Source of the DNA: Candidatus Saccharimonadota bacterium
Lineage (GTDB): Bacteria > Patescibacteriota > Gracilibacteria > BD1-5 > UBA2023
DNA: 32,000 bases
Direction: 5' to 3'
Assembly (NCBI GenBank): GCA_042852035.1
Contig: BAAFHK010000002.1
Location: forward strand, 60,001 to 92,000
In this document: piece after piece, positions 1-9,614 of the stretch
Position numbering within the stretch: position 1 is the first letter of the stretch
Layout of the letters: the number at the start of each line of letters is the position of its first letter
Notes under the pieces: generated by a model
The model's database searches: none
Told to the model about the DNA's origin: nothing
The model's input: only the letters and a program-made list of their open reading frames with translations
Program-made: the position numbers and the translations under genes

Positions 1-122
1 CTATCAATAGGGTTACTTTTCCATTTTTCCAACATGTACTATTCAATCCTGAAACTCTTGAAATTATAGATGAAACATCAGATCCTAATGATATACCTGA
101 ATGAACAATTATTAATTTCTAA
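1..122 (+). CDS. 3' end of an unidentified CDS (partial, continues upstream of window)
   Basis: The frame starting at position 3 is open from the window edge to TAA 120-122, with one in-frame TGA at 102-104. A hairpin terminator follows a few nt later. No motif recognised. Confidence 0.35.
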
Positions 123-126
123 AGAA

Positions 127-146
127 TCCCACCCCACTCGGTGGGA
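127..146 (+). terminator. putative rho-independent terminator
   Basis: TCCCACC (127-133) pairs with GGTGGGA (140-146), followed by a T-rich tract, directly after the TAA at 120-122. Confidence 0.5.
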
Positions 147-166
147 ATTTCTTCATTCACTCATTT

Positions 167-194
167 TTGACAAAAGTATTATAATATCTAAAAT
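167..194 (+). promoter_or_regulatory. putative sigma70-type promoter
   Basis: TTGACA (167-172), 16-nt spacer, TAAAAT (189-194), about 20 nt upstream of ATG 216. Confidence 0.4.
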
Positions 195-215
195 TCGAGA
201 AATACTTTTGTACAT

Positions 216-986
216 ATGACACAGAAAAATCTCTCATGAATGGCAAATACTCCAGAGTTCCAGCAGGCACGAATCCTCGCGAAAAATGGAGGGAGGGGAG
301 AGTGGACATTTTATACTACAATGTGACATATCGTGACGAAGATACTCGATATGGATCTCCGAGTAACCCTTCCTGACGGGAGTGTGATGCCACTTTTTAC
401 GACGGTGTGAGAAGTGAATACGTATTTCCGTATTCGTCCTGATCAGTATGGAGATACCCCGAATAGGTATGCTATGGATCATTTTGTCGGAGAAATGTAT
501 CGACGAAAAATAGCACCAATGGAACGAGCCATTCTCGATCCAGAGAAAGAGGGAATGAAAGATTTTTTTCGTTTGAATGTCTGGGAAATGCTTGTGGAGA
601 ATGATACTATTGACCAGCTCCTGGATGAGGTTGATGCTCTCGCAGATATGTGAATCGTATGAGTCGATAGGGCTGTCACTGGTGATGTTCGTGACTGGAT
701 CGTGAAGAATGCTTACCATAAGCAGAAAGACCTGTTTGATTGGTACCAACTTCCTCCAGAAACTCGGAAAGGATATTGCATTAATCTCCTTGATAGAAAC
801 CAATTTACAGACTATTTTGCTGATCTCGTGGTAGAGTATCCATGGCGAAAACACCCGATGAGTGCCCACCGGCAGATGAATATCATCCAGTCAAGAATCA
901 GAGCACTCTATGTGGTAGATGCGGACCTTGAGAAAGTGGTTGGAAAGGGGAAGTGAGACCAGATGAGGAATACGAGATATTTATAA
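216..986 (+). CDS. hypothetical soluble protein (256 aa)
   Basis: Track ORFs 414..653 and 702..956 lie in the same frame and join with the upstream segment through six in-frame TGA codons. ATG 216 (alternative ATG 240), TAA 984-986. No family motif recognised. The 211-aa antisense ORF 234..869 is treated as an artefact. Confidence 0.6.
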
Positions 987-1066
987 TTTATAAATTCCAA
1001 CCTCACTAGGAGAATTTTGTATTCATCTGAGAATATGGTAGACTCTTGGTATCCTTAGTTGTCATT

Positions 1067-1858
1067 ATGAAATCAAGAATCTTCTCTCTCGGACTCATGC
1101 TCACTATCATTTCTCTCGTAATAGTACCTCTCACAGATACCTTTGCACGTGCGGGAGGTGGGGGTCGGAGTGGTTGAGCGGGAGGTGGTATCGCCCTCGT
1201 CCTCGCTGGTATATACTATGCCATATATACTATCCGCCGAAAGAAGCTCCTGAAAAAAGCTCAGAAAAATCTCGAAAAGGCCCAATCGACAGATTCATCA
1301 TGGAATGAAGAAGAGTTTAAGGAGATTGTCAGAAAGACATTTTTCCTCTATCAGGATGCCTGGATGAATAAAAATCTCGAGAGTCTCGGAGAATACCTGA
1401 GTACTGACTATCTCGAGCGTGCGAAGGCAGATATGGCAGATATACTCGATGGGAAGAAAAATATCATCAAAGACCCAAAGATACGATCGCTCAATCTCAT
1501 CTCCGTGAAAGACACAGAAGGACATGAAGGGGATATGTTCGTCATGGAGATCATCGCTGCGATGATCGACTATACAGTATCTGAGAAGACGGGTGAATTC
1601 ATAGAATCGACTCTCACACAAGAAAAAAATGAAAGTGATGCGAGTTATGAGTCTCGAGCAAAAAGAGAAAAAGAAGAATTTACTGAGTTCTGGACATTTA
1701 TCCGTATCGATGGAAGATGGCAGCTCAATGATATCAAGCAAGGGGGAGTCCTCCTCAGTGATATCGGTTCGAATCCTTCTGAGTCAGAACTCAATGAAAT
1801 ACTCGCCAAAGAAGAGGCAACTGAGGAGATATCGGATGATATGTTTTATAAAAAATAA
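1067..1858 (+). CDS. Tim44-like domain membrane protein
   Basis: ATG 1067, one in-frame TGA (1175-1177) inside a GGGGRSGGAGGG tract, TAA 1856-1858. N-terminal hydrophobic segment MKSRIFSLGLMLTIISLVIV and a second TM, IALVLAGIYYAIYTI. Then WNEEEF..FLYQDAW..FWTFIRIDGRWQLNDI, the layout of bacterial Tim44-like proteins. Confidence 0.7.
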
Positions 1859-1969
1859 AAAATCCAGAGAAAATACCGTAAGAGCTTTATTTTTTACACT
1901 TTTTTAGAATTATCTTTTGCTTTTCAAACAGGGGTAATATAATGAGATTTATTATCATTTTTTACTTTT

Positions 1970-4441
1970 ATGAATCTTCTCCAGAGGACACGAGCGGTTT
2001 CTTGGTTGAGTCTTTCTCTAATAACCCTCTCCATCTCTTTGGAGAATATCGCTGCGGCTCCATTCCCGATGGATGGAAGCTTCACGGCTCGTACGATTCA
2101 GACGAATCAACAGGGAAGGGTCGCGAGAAATGCTTCTGTGACTATCCGCATAGGAGGACTTACTAATGGATTTCCAGCACTGAATAATACTTCGACACAA
2201 TGTTTTAATCAATCAGGAGAACCTCCTAAACCTTATGGTATATTTCTTGATAACACCTCTCTGAATATCAGTCAGTGTGAAGCCTATAATGGGACTAATA
2301 TTATTCGACTCTCCTGAGCCTTTATCATAGATCCATTTTTAGCTCCTACAACCAAAGCAACTCCGACACAAATCGCCAATGCGATCGTCGCACGAGGATA
2401 CCTCTACGAAAATGGGACAACGAATCAATCATTTACTGTCGCGAGTGCTGGCGGAAGTGATGTTGTATTCACTCGAACGAATACCAATGATGGGAATATC
2501 ATCTATACAAATAGTATCTTCGATTCTTCGGATGCATTTCGATTGATGAATTCAGTGAGTGGTCAGTCTCCACTCACGTCTCTCGTACAGCAGTCGACAT
2601 TTACGCCAGCGAATGTTGGTTCAGGAGAAATATATACTATGGATATCGAAGGATACACCTATGAGTATACGGCTCAAGCAGGTGACAGTGTGAGTAATGT
2701 AACAGCCGGAATTATTGCCGCATATAATGCAGCACCACTTGGAAACGTGAATTGTGTCGATCAAACGACTCGAGTCCTCTGTTCTGGAACGGTTGATACT
2801 CAGAGCTTCTCTATCGATGCGTATGTGACATACCCAAATCCAGATACAACCGCACCAATTGTAACCCTTCTCGGCAGTGCAAGTTATGCTCTCGAATATG
2901 GAACACCATTCACAGACCCTGGAGCAACATGGCTCGATAATCGAGATGGTACAGGTACCGTTATGGGCTCTGGTACCGTCGATCATATGACTCTCGGTAC
3001 CTATACGCTCAGCTATAACAAATCAGACCTTGCAGGAAATACAGCTTCCGGGAAGATGCGTACGGTCACTGTTGCAGATACAACGGCTCCAACTATCACC
3101 CTTCTTGGTTCGGATCCTGTGACCGTCGAGATAGATAGTGGATACGATGACGACTGAGCAGAATGGACGGATATCCGTGATGGTTCTGGTAGAGTGAATG
3201 CTCTCCCTTACACTATGAATGCCCTCGGGAATCTAACTCTGACGTATCAGAAAGTAGATGTTGCTGGAAATACTGGTACCGTTACTCGAACGCTTAATGT
3301 CGTCGATACCGTCGCTCCAACGCTCTCTATAAGTACAACTCCGACAACCGTCGATGCGAATGTATTCCCAGTACGAGGAAGTATCGGAGGGTATGGTAGT
3401 GTCACTATCTCAGGTGGAGCTTCCCCGGTTACCCTCTCGAATGTAAATAATAGCTTCACGGCCTATGTCCCACTCACACAAAATTCGGTCAATACCCTCC
3501 TTATCACTGCCACTGACCTCGGAAACAATGTCTCGACAGGGACAATTCTCATTACAGAAAGTGGTGCAGCAAATGGATTCTCTGGGGCAATCAATATGAA
3601 TAGATCAAGTCTTGCCCTTTCTGGTATAACATCACACTCTGGCTCAAGTCTTACTGGTGCAACTCGAGTACTCGTCGAAGCGCCAATATTCTTCTGAGGA
3701 AAGTGAGGCATAGGGACTATCCCAACAAATACGGTTATTACTCCTGCATCAGGAAGTGGTGTATTTGACGCTACGGCAATAAATACCTTCTCAGTGACTG
3801 TTACAGGTGGACTTGCACCAACAGATGTTTCAAAGGGTACTGTTGGATTCGGAATTTCTGAAATAGGATTACACTTTAGTAAGCCGGTAAAGATTGAGAT
3901 TCCCGTCAATGGATACAGTGGTTCGACGATAGCAGTAAAGGTACGTCATGGTGGTACATCAACATTTGTCACGACGGGTCTCACAAATAATCCAAATGCT
4001 ACCTGTACCAATGGTGTCGCATCATCACCCTCAAATATTGCTACCGTAGTTTCGAGTATGGCGACCATATATACATGTGCTGCTTCGGCATTTGTTGCTT
4101 ATACCGAGACAGTCACTTCAGTGACTTCATGAAGCTCAGGTTGAGGAAATTCAGTGGGATACATCCCTCCTACTCCTCTCCCTTGAACAACTCCTTCTCC
4201 TTCTTTTGGATCAGGGGCTTCATTAAGTACGGAAATTGCACGATTTAGTATCGATACAAAGTCACTTTCAAAATCAAAAGTCCTAAAAACAGCAACCTCT
4301 CTCAAGAATGGAACAAAAATAGTTGTCTATCGACTTTCTCTTGGATGAAGAGAGATTCGAGTCTGACAAACGAGAGTAAGTCGCTCGATGATTCAGTATC
4401 GAGTAAAGACAAAAGGAACTTATATTTTCCGAACAAAATAA
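1970..4441 (+). CDS. secreted surface protein with tandem DUF5011-type Ig-like domains (823 aa)
   Basis: Track ORFs 1970..2317, 2543..3157, 3194..3697 and 3794..4132 share one frame. All gaps were checked codon by codon and contain only TGA, no TAA/TAG. Stop is TAA 4439-4441. N-terminal signal-like MNLLQRTRAVSWLSLSLITLSISLENIAA. Two repeats of TAP(I/T)(V/I)TLLGS...(Y/E)..PGA.W.D.RDG.G.V...LG.YTL.Y...D.AGN....R.V.V.DT.AP match my memory of DUF5011. Confidence 0.7.
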
Positions 4442-4446
4442 ATATA

Positions 4447-4468
4447 AAAACTCCCAAATGGGAGTTTT
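4447..4468. terminator. bidirectional rho-independent terminator shared by convergent genes
   Basis: Perfect 9-bp stem AAAACTCCC / GGGAGTTTT with a 4-nt loop, flanked by an A-run and a T-run. It sits 5 nt after TAA 4439-4441 (+ gene) and touches the stop of the minus-strand gpx gene (4468-4470). Confidence 0.7.
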
Positions 4469-4944
4469 TATATAAGGCTCTTTATATCCTCATTTATCGA
4501 GAGAGGTGTAGTCGTTGGTGCATATCGTAGGACGACATTTCATTCTCGGTCTATGAGGAACTTCGTGAAGTTCCATTTGATATCATCCGTGAAGATTCCT
4601 CAGCGAGCATTTTTTAGGTACTGATAGAGTGGATGAGTGTTTTCTCCATTCACTTCTATCTTCGCAAAGATAGGGAAAGTGACTCCATAGTTGATTCTAC
4701 ATACTTCTTCCACGGTTTCATTCGTTTCCGGTTCCTGGTTTGCGAATTGATTGCAGGGGAATCAGAGGATAATAAAATCATCATGAGAATAGGTATTCCA
4801 GAGGGTCTCGAGTTCTTTGAGTTGTGGAGTAAGTCCACATTTGGTTGCGGTATTAACCACAAGAATTACCTTTCATGCGAATGTTTGCAATTGTATATTT
4901 TCACCATTTGTTTTTGTTATTTCGATATCGTAGAGAGAGGTCAT
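4468..4944 (-). CDS. glutathione peroxidase (Cys-type), 158 aa
   Basis: Minus strand, ATG at 4944-4942, TAA at 4470-4468, four in-frame TGA=Gly. Motifs [31 protein letters not shown] and [17 protein letters not shown] are classic GPx signatures. The active-site codon is TGT (4839-4837). Confidence 0.9.
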
Positions 4945-5035
4945 ATGATTAGTGTATGAAGATGATATTATTTTACGGAAAGGAGTTTTTCTTACAAATA
5001 TTTTTCTTTTTTTCGTCTGTAGGTACAATGAGTTT

Positions 5036-5698
5036 ATGAAGTTTGTTCATCCAAAATCGATACTTATATATACTATTATAGTTACGGGTCTTTTATTTTT
5101 GGTCGAAAATATATATCATCCTGTTTATATTCTTCAACTCCTGCAAAAAATCTGCTCATTTCTTCTTATCCCGATATTGGTTGCTTCTATTTTTAAAGAG
5201 ACGGTAGGGAAAGCTGGAAGTATGAGTCGATTCTGATTATTTCTTGGTATTGGACTCTGAATCATTTCAGCAGGGATTATTGCTCTCACGTATTCTTTTC
5301 TGCGAGAATATATTGATTGGCAGGCAATACACTCAAGTATGGAAGCCCGACATATTAATGAAAAAACCTTCACTATAATATTTCTCTATATAATGTTTGG
5401 GAATTCACTTCTCGAAGAATATTTTTTCCGTGGAATTATCTACTATCAGGCTTCACAGATTTCAAAACCTTTCGCCTATCTTCTCTCCGCGCTTATGTTT
5501 TCTCTCTATCATATTGTTATATTTTCGACATGGTTTTCTGGATATATTCTTGGGCTCGCTCTCTTTTGACTTTTTATGGGTGGAATATTTTTCTCATGGT
5601 TGTACGAAAAAACTGGAGGAATATGGAGTGCGTGGATATTTCACATTTTTGCCGATCTTGCTATACTTATCATCGGGTATGTTGAGTTTTTTACTTAA
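5036..5698 (+). CDS. CPBP family intramembrane glutamic endopeptidase (CAAX protease-like)
   Basis: Joins track ORFs 4952..5236 and 5339..5569 (same frame) through TGA codons. Start taken at ATG 5036 (MKFVHPK). Motifs EEYFFRG, FSLYH and WIFHIFAD are the three CPBP motifs. Multi-TM. TAA 5696-5698. Confidence 0.8.
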
Positions 5699-5704
5699 AA
5701 CATT

Positions 5705-6558
5705 ATGAAAATCTGATTTATCGGACTTGGACTTATGGGTATTCCCATGGCAAAAAATATTATCTCGAAGTGACGAGAACTTTTTGTGTGGAATCGTAGC
5801 AGAGAGAAGGCTTATGAGCTCGAAAATCTTGGAGCGAAAGTTTGCGATACGAAAAAGTCTCTCGCACAAGAGGTGGATATCCTTATAACCATGGTGACAG
5901 CAGGGGAGGATGTAGAGGATATACTTTTTGGATTTGATGGGGTAGCTTCGTCGATGAAATCAGGGAGTATCATCATCGATATGTCGACTATAGGTGTTGA
6001 TTGGGCTATGAAAATTGGTGAACGACTTCAGAAACATGGTATCTATTTTCTTGATGCTCCAGTAACAGGAAGTACCCCGAAAGCGATAACAGGAGAACTT
6101 ACAGTATTTATCGGAGGAGAGAAGGAAGTATTTGAAAAAATTAAACCACACTTGCTCTTATGGGGACGAATCTCCAATATATGGGACCTACAGGATCCTG
6201 ACAGGCCATGAAACTCGTGAACAACTCACTTGTTGCTTTTTCGATGATTGGTCTCGGAGAAGTGATGAAACTCGCTGATTTTATGGGGCTCCCACTTGCT
6301 CGCACGGCTGAAGTTATCAAAACCCTTCCCGTAGGATCCCCTTATACTGCGATGAAAGTCGATAATTTTGTAAAAAATGAATATCCTATGATGTTTTCTC
6401 TTGCAAACATGAAGAAAGATATCGCCCTTGCCTTCGAAGAAATGGAAAAACATGGTCTTTCTCTCGATATGCTCTCACTGGCGAAAGTGAAATATGAGCA
6501 AGGAGTTGAAGAAGGATTTGGAGGAGAAGATGTGTCAGCGATCGGTAAAATTCTTTAA
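5705..6558 (+). pseudogene. NAD(P)-dependent oxidoreductase of the 3-hydroxyisobutyrate dehydrogenase family, interrupted by a -1 frame change near 6150-6160
   Basis: N-terminal Rossmann half (MKIGFIGLGLMGIPMAKN...DAPVTGSTPKAITGELTVFIGGEKEVFEKIKPH) is in the frame of ATG 5705. The conserved continuation LALMGTNLQYMGPTGSGQAMKLVNN...GKIL is in the frame of 6208, which carries TAA at 6142-6144. The switch must therefore lie between 6145 and about 6160. This is either a genuine 1-nt deletion or an assembly error. Confidence 0.6.
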
Positions 6559-6569
6559 TTTTCTTGAAT

Positions 6570-7340
6570 ATGTCCACTGTACTTATCACTGGAGCGTCAT
6601 CTGGGATTGGTTTTGAGTTTGCTCGCATTATGGCTCAAGATGGGTATGATCTTGTTCTTGTTGCCCGTCGCAGGGATGAGCTTGAGAGGGTTGCAAAAGA
6701 ATTTCCTCATAGGAAAATTATCCTTATCGAGAAAGACCTCTCGCTCACTCTCTCCCCGAGAGAGGTTTATGATGAACTTATAAAAGAGTGAATAGTGGTT
6801 GATATTCTCATAAACAATGCTGGATTCGGTGATTATGGATACTTTCATGAGACCGATATAGAAAAACAAAAACAAATGATAGATCTCAATATCCGAACCC
6901 TTACAGAGCTCACATATCTATTTGGTCGAGATATGATCGAAAGAAAGAGTGGAAAAATACTCAACGTTGCCTCTACCGCAGCGTTTCAACCCGGTCCACT
7001 CATGTCTGTATATTATGCGACGAAGCATTATGTTCTTGCTTTTTCAGAGGGGATTGCAGAGGAGTGGAGTACTTTTGGTGTAACAGTTACCGCACTCTGT
7101 CCAGGTCCTACCGAAAGTGGATTCCAAAAAGAGGCTCATCTTGAATCAAGTAAGCTGTTCCACGGAAAAAAACTTCCCACATCTCACGAGGTTGCTCAGT
7201 TCGGATATGAGGCCCTACTTCGTGGGAAGAGAGTTGCGATTCATGGGCTCATGAATCGCATCATGGCATGGAGTACTCATATAACCCCGAATTGGTTTCT
7301 CGTCAAAATCGTGAAATGGATGCAAGGGAAGAGAAAATAA
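6570..7340 (+). CDS. SDR family oxidoreductase
   Basis: Track ORFs 6564..6791 and 6795..7340 are in frame and joined by one [11 protein letters not shown] cofactor motif, NNAG, and YYATKHYV (YxxxK active site). ATG 6570 preferred over TTG 6564. TAA 7338-7340. Confidence 0.85.
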
Positions 7341-7347
7341 AAATCTT

Positions 7348-7376
7348 TTGACTTATAAAATTAGCACGTATATAAT
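7348..7376 (+). promoter_or_regulatory. near-consensus promoter of clpB
   Basis: TTGACT (7348-7353), 17-nt spacer, TATAAT (7371-7376), 33 nt upstream of ATG 7409. Confidence 0.6.
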
Positions 7377-7387
7377 ATATGTGCTAA
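7361..7387 (+). promoter_or_regulatory. CIRCE-like inverted repeat (candidate HrcA operator)
   Basis: TTAGCACGT-N9-ATGTGCTAA compared with the CIRCE consensus TTAGCACTC-N9-GAGTGCTAA. 7 of 9 positions match in each arm, with the correct 9-nt spacer. It overlaps the -10 box. Confidence 0.65.
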
Positions 7388-7408
7388 TTATTTTATAATA
7401 TCTTGTAT

Positions 7409-9508
7409 ATGCAGGCAAAATTTGAAGAAACGGATAACCGAAATCCTCTCGATAAATATACCATAAATCTTACCGCATTAGCTAAAGATGGAAAAATCGA
7501 TCCAGTAATTGGTCGAGAAGATGAAATCTATCGTACTATTCAGATTCTTTCTCGTCGAACAAAAAATAATCCAGTTCTTGTCGGCGATCCATGAGTGGGG
7601 AAAACAGCAATAGTCGAGGGGATTGCTCGAAAAATCGTGGCACATGAAGTTCCTGAGATGCTTTTTGATCGAGAAATTCGCACCCTTGATCTTACTTCCC
7701 TTATTGCTGGAGCAAGCTATCGTTGACAGTTCGAAGAGCGCCTTAAGTGAGTAATAGATGAGGTCGAAAAATCAGAAGGGAAGATTATCCTTTTTATTGA
7801 TGAGCTTCATACGATTGTCTGAGCTTGAGCGACCGAAGGGAGTTCGGATGCAGGAAATCTCCTTAAACCTTCTTTAGCACGTGGGCGTATTAAAGTTATT
7901 GGTGCAACCACTATTTCAGAATATCGAAAATATATCGAAAAGGATGGGGCACTAGAACGTCGATTTCAGCCGATTCCCGTGGAAGAACCAACTCGAGATG
8001 ATGCCGTTGCTATTTTGAGAGGACTTAAAGATCGGTATGAATTATTTCATGGGATTCGGATTTCAGATGATGCTTTAGTAGCAGCGGTCGATTTCTCGAT
8101 TCGCTATATTGGAGATCGAAAACTCCCTGATAAAGCCATCGATCTCCTTGATGAAGCAACATCGAGCGTGAAGATGCGTTCGTATTCTCGACCGATTGAG
8201 CTCGATAAAATAGAAAAAGAGATCCGTTCTCTCGAAATCGAAAGAGAAGCCATAAAAGAAGAGAAGGACAAAAAGACCCGTCTTTCAGAGATTGAGGAAG
8301 AAATTACCCTTAAAAAAAGTTCCCAAGAAGAATTCTTAAAAGATTGGACAGCATCAAAGAAGAACCGTGATCGGATAAAGTTCCTTCAAAATGAAATTCT
8401 TGAACTTGAGAAACAAGCTGAAGAGTTAACTTATAGTGGTGAATATGCAAAAGTAGCAGAAATACGCTATGGCAAAATTCCAGAAAAAAAGAAGGAACTT
8501 GATCTTATAGAATGAAGTGCCACCTGTAATGAGACCGTGAAAGAAGATGATGTAGCAGGAATTGTCGGAAAATGGACTGGTATACCTGTCTGAAAGCTTC
8601 TGGAGAAGGAGAGCGCTATTTATGCTCATTTAGAAAGTGAACTCGAAAAATTTGTAGTGGGACAAGATGAACCTCTTCGTAAAGTATCTGAGGCTCTTCG
8701 TCGTTCCAAGGCTGGACTTTCTGACCCGAATAGACCAATAGGATCATTTCTCTTTCTTGGTCCTACGGGGGTTGGAAAAACAGAAACAGCAAAAGCTCTT
8801 TGTCGTATCCTCTGGAACAATCCACATGCCTATATTCGATTTGATATGAGTGAGTATATGGAGGCCCATAGTGTAGCAAGGCTTATTTGAGCTCCTCCTG
8901 GATACATTGGACATGAAGAAGGTGGGCAACTCACAGAGGCTATTAGACGTCATCCATATTCTGTCATACTCCTTGATGAAGTTGAAAAAGCTCATCCTGA
9001 TGTGTGGAATATTTTTCTTCAGATTCTTGATGAAGGTCGTATCACAGATGGGAAGGGGAGAACGATAGACATGAAGAATACCATTATTATCATGACTTCA
9101 AATATCGGAAGTCATCTTCTCGATGAGAATAACGAAAAAAACCTCGAAAAGAAAATGAGAGAGGAGCTTAAAAAATTCTTCCGTATCGAATTCATAAACC
9201 GGATTGATGAAATTATTATTTTTCGCCCACTTTCTCATGAGAGTGTCTTAAAAATTGCAAGCATTCTTCTCAGAGAGGTTCAGAGTCAACTCTTAGAAAG
9301 AGAAATTAATCTGACTTTTGATGCAAGTATTCTTGAATGAGTAGCAAAGCTTTGATATGATGCTGAACTTGGCGCCAGACCTATACGTCGTGCTCTGAGT
9401 GAATATGTAATAAATCCTCTCTCAAAAATGATTCTTGATTGAGTTATTCAAACATGAACTACAAAAGTAGCCTTATTTGACAGAGACTATAAACTAGTAT
9501 TAAAATAA
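7409..9508 (+). CDS. clpB: ATP-dependent chaperone ClpB, naturally lacking the N-terminal domain (699 aa)
   Basis: Track ORFs 7403..7594, 7979..8515, 8657..8890 and 9002..9340 share one frame, and the gaps contain only TGA. Motifs: [41 protein letters not shown] (Walker A Gly is TGA 7592-7594), a coiled-coil middle domain, [21 protein letters not shown] (TGA 8888-8890), [12 protein letters not shown] and GARPIRR. TAA 9506-9508. Confidence 0.9.
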
Positions 9509-9614
9509 CTCTTTTTTTGATAGCACACTATATATTCTAGGAGTCTAGATGATTATTTTTACTTCCTTATTAGGTCGTGATATGCTGGAATAGATTAATT
9601 TCTATTCTTTTCTT

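Noticed and set aside
234-869. 211-aa minus-strand ORF, the longest standard-code ORF in the first kilobase
   Set aside because: It is antisense to a plus-strand frame that becomes continuous (216..986) once TGA is read as Gly. Its sequence is low-complexity, has no motif, and is not flanked by minus-strand start or terminator signals.
1760-1785. GGTTCGAATCC, a tRNA T-loop-like motif
   Set aside because: The flanking bases do not form a T stem (ATCGG versus CCTTC) or any acceptor or D arm. It lies in frame inside the Tim44-like gene (LSDIGSNPSE).
3463-3909. 148-aa minus-strand ORFs inside the giant genes (also 15227..15673, 14846..15142, 13032..13346)
   Set aside because: They are antisense shadows of Thr/Ser/Gly/Val-rich coding sequence. 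The plus-strand frames carry recognisable domain repeats and are uninterrupted for kilobases.
4837-4839. Possible selenocysteine at the glutathione peroxidase active site
   Set aside because: The active-site codon is TGT (Cys) in NTATKCG. The TGA codons in this gene fall at ordinary Gly positions.
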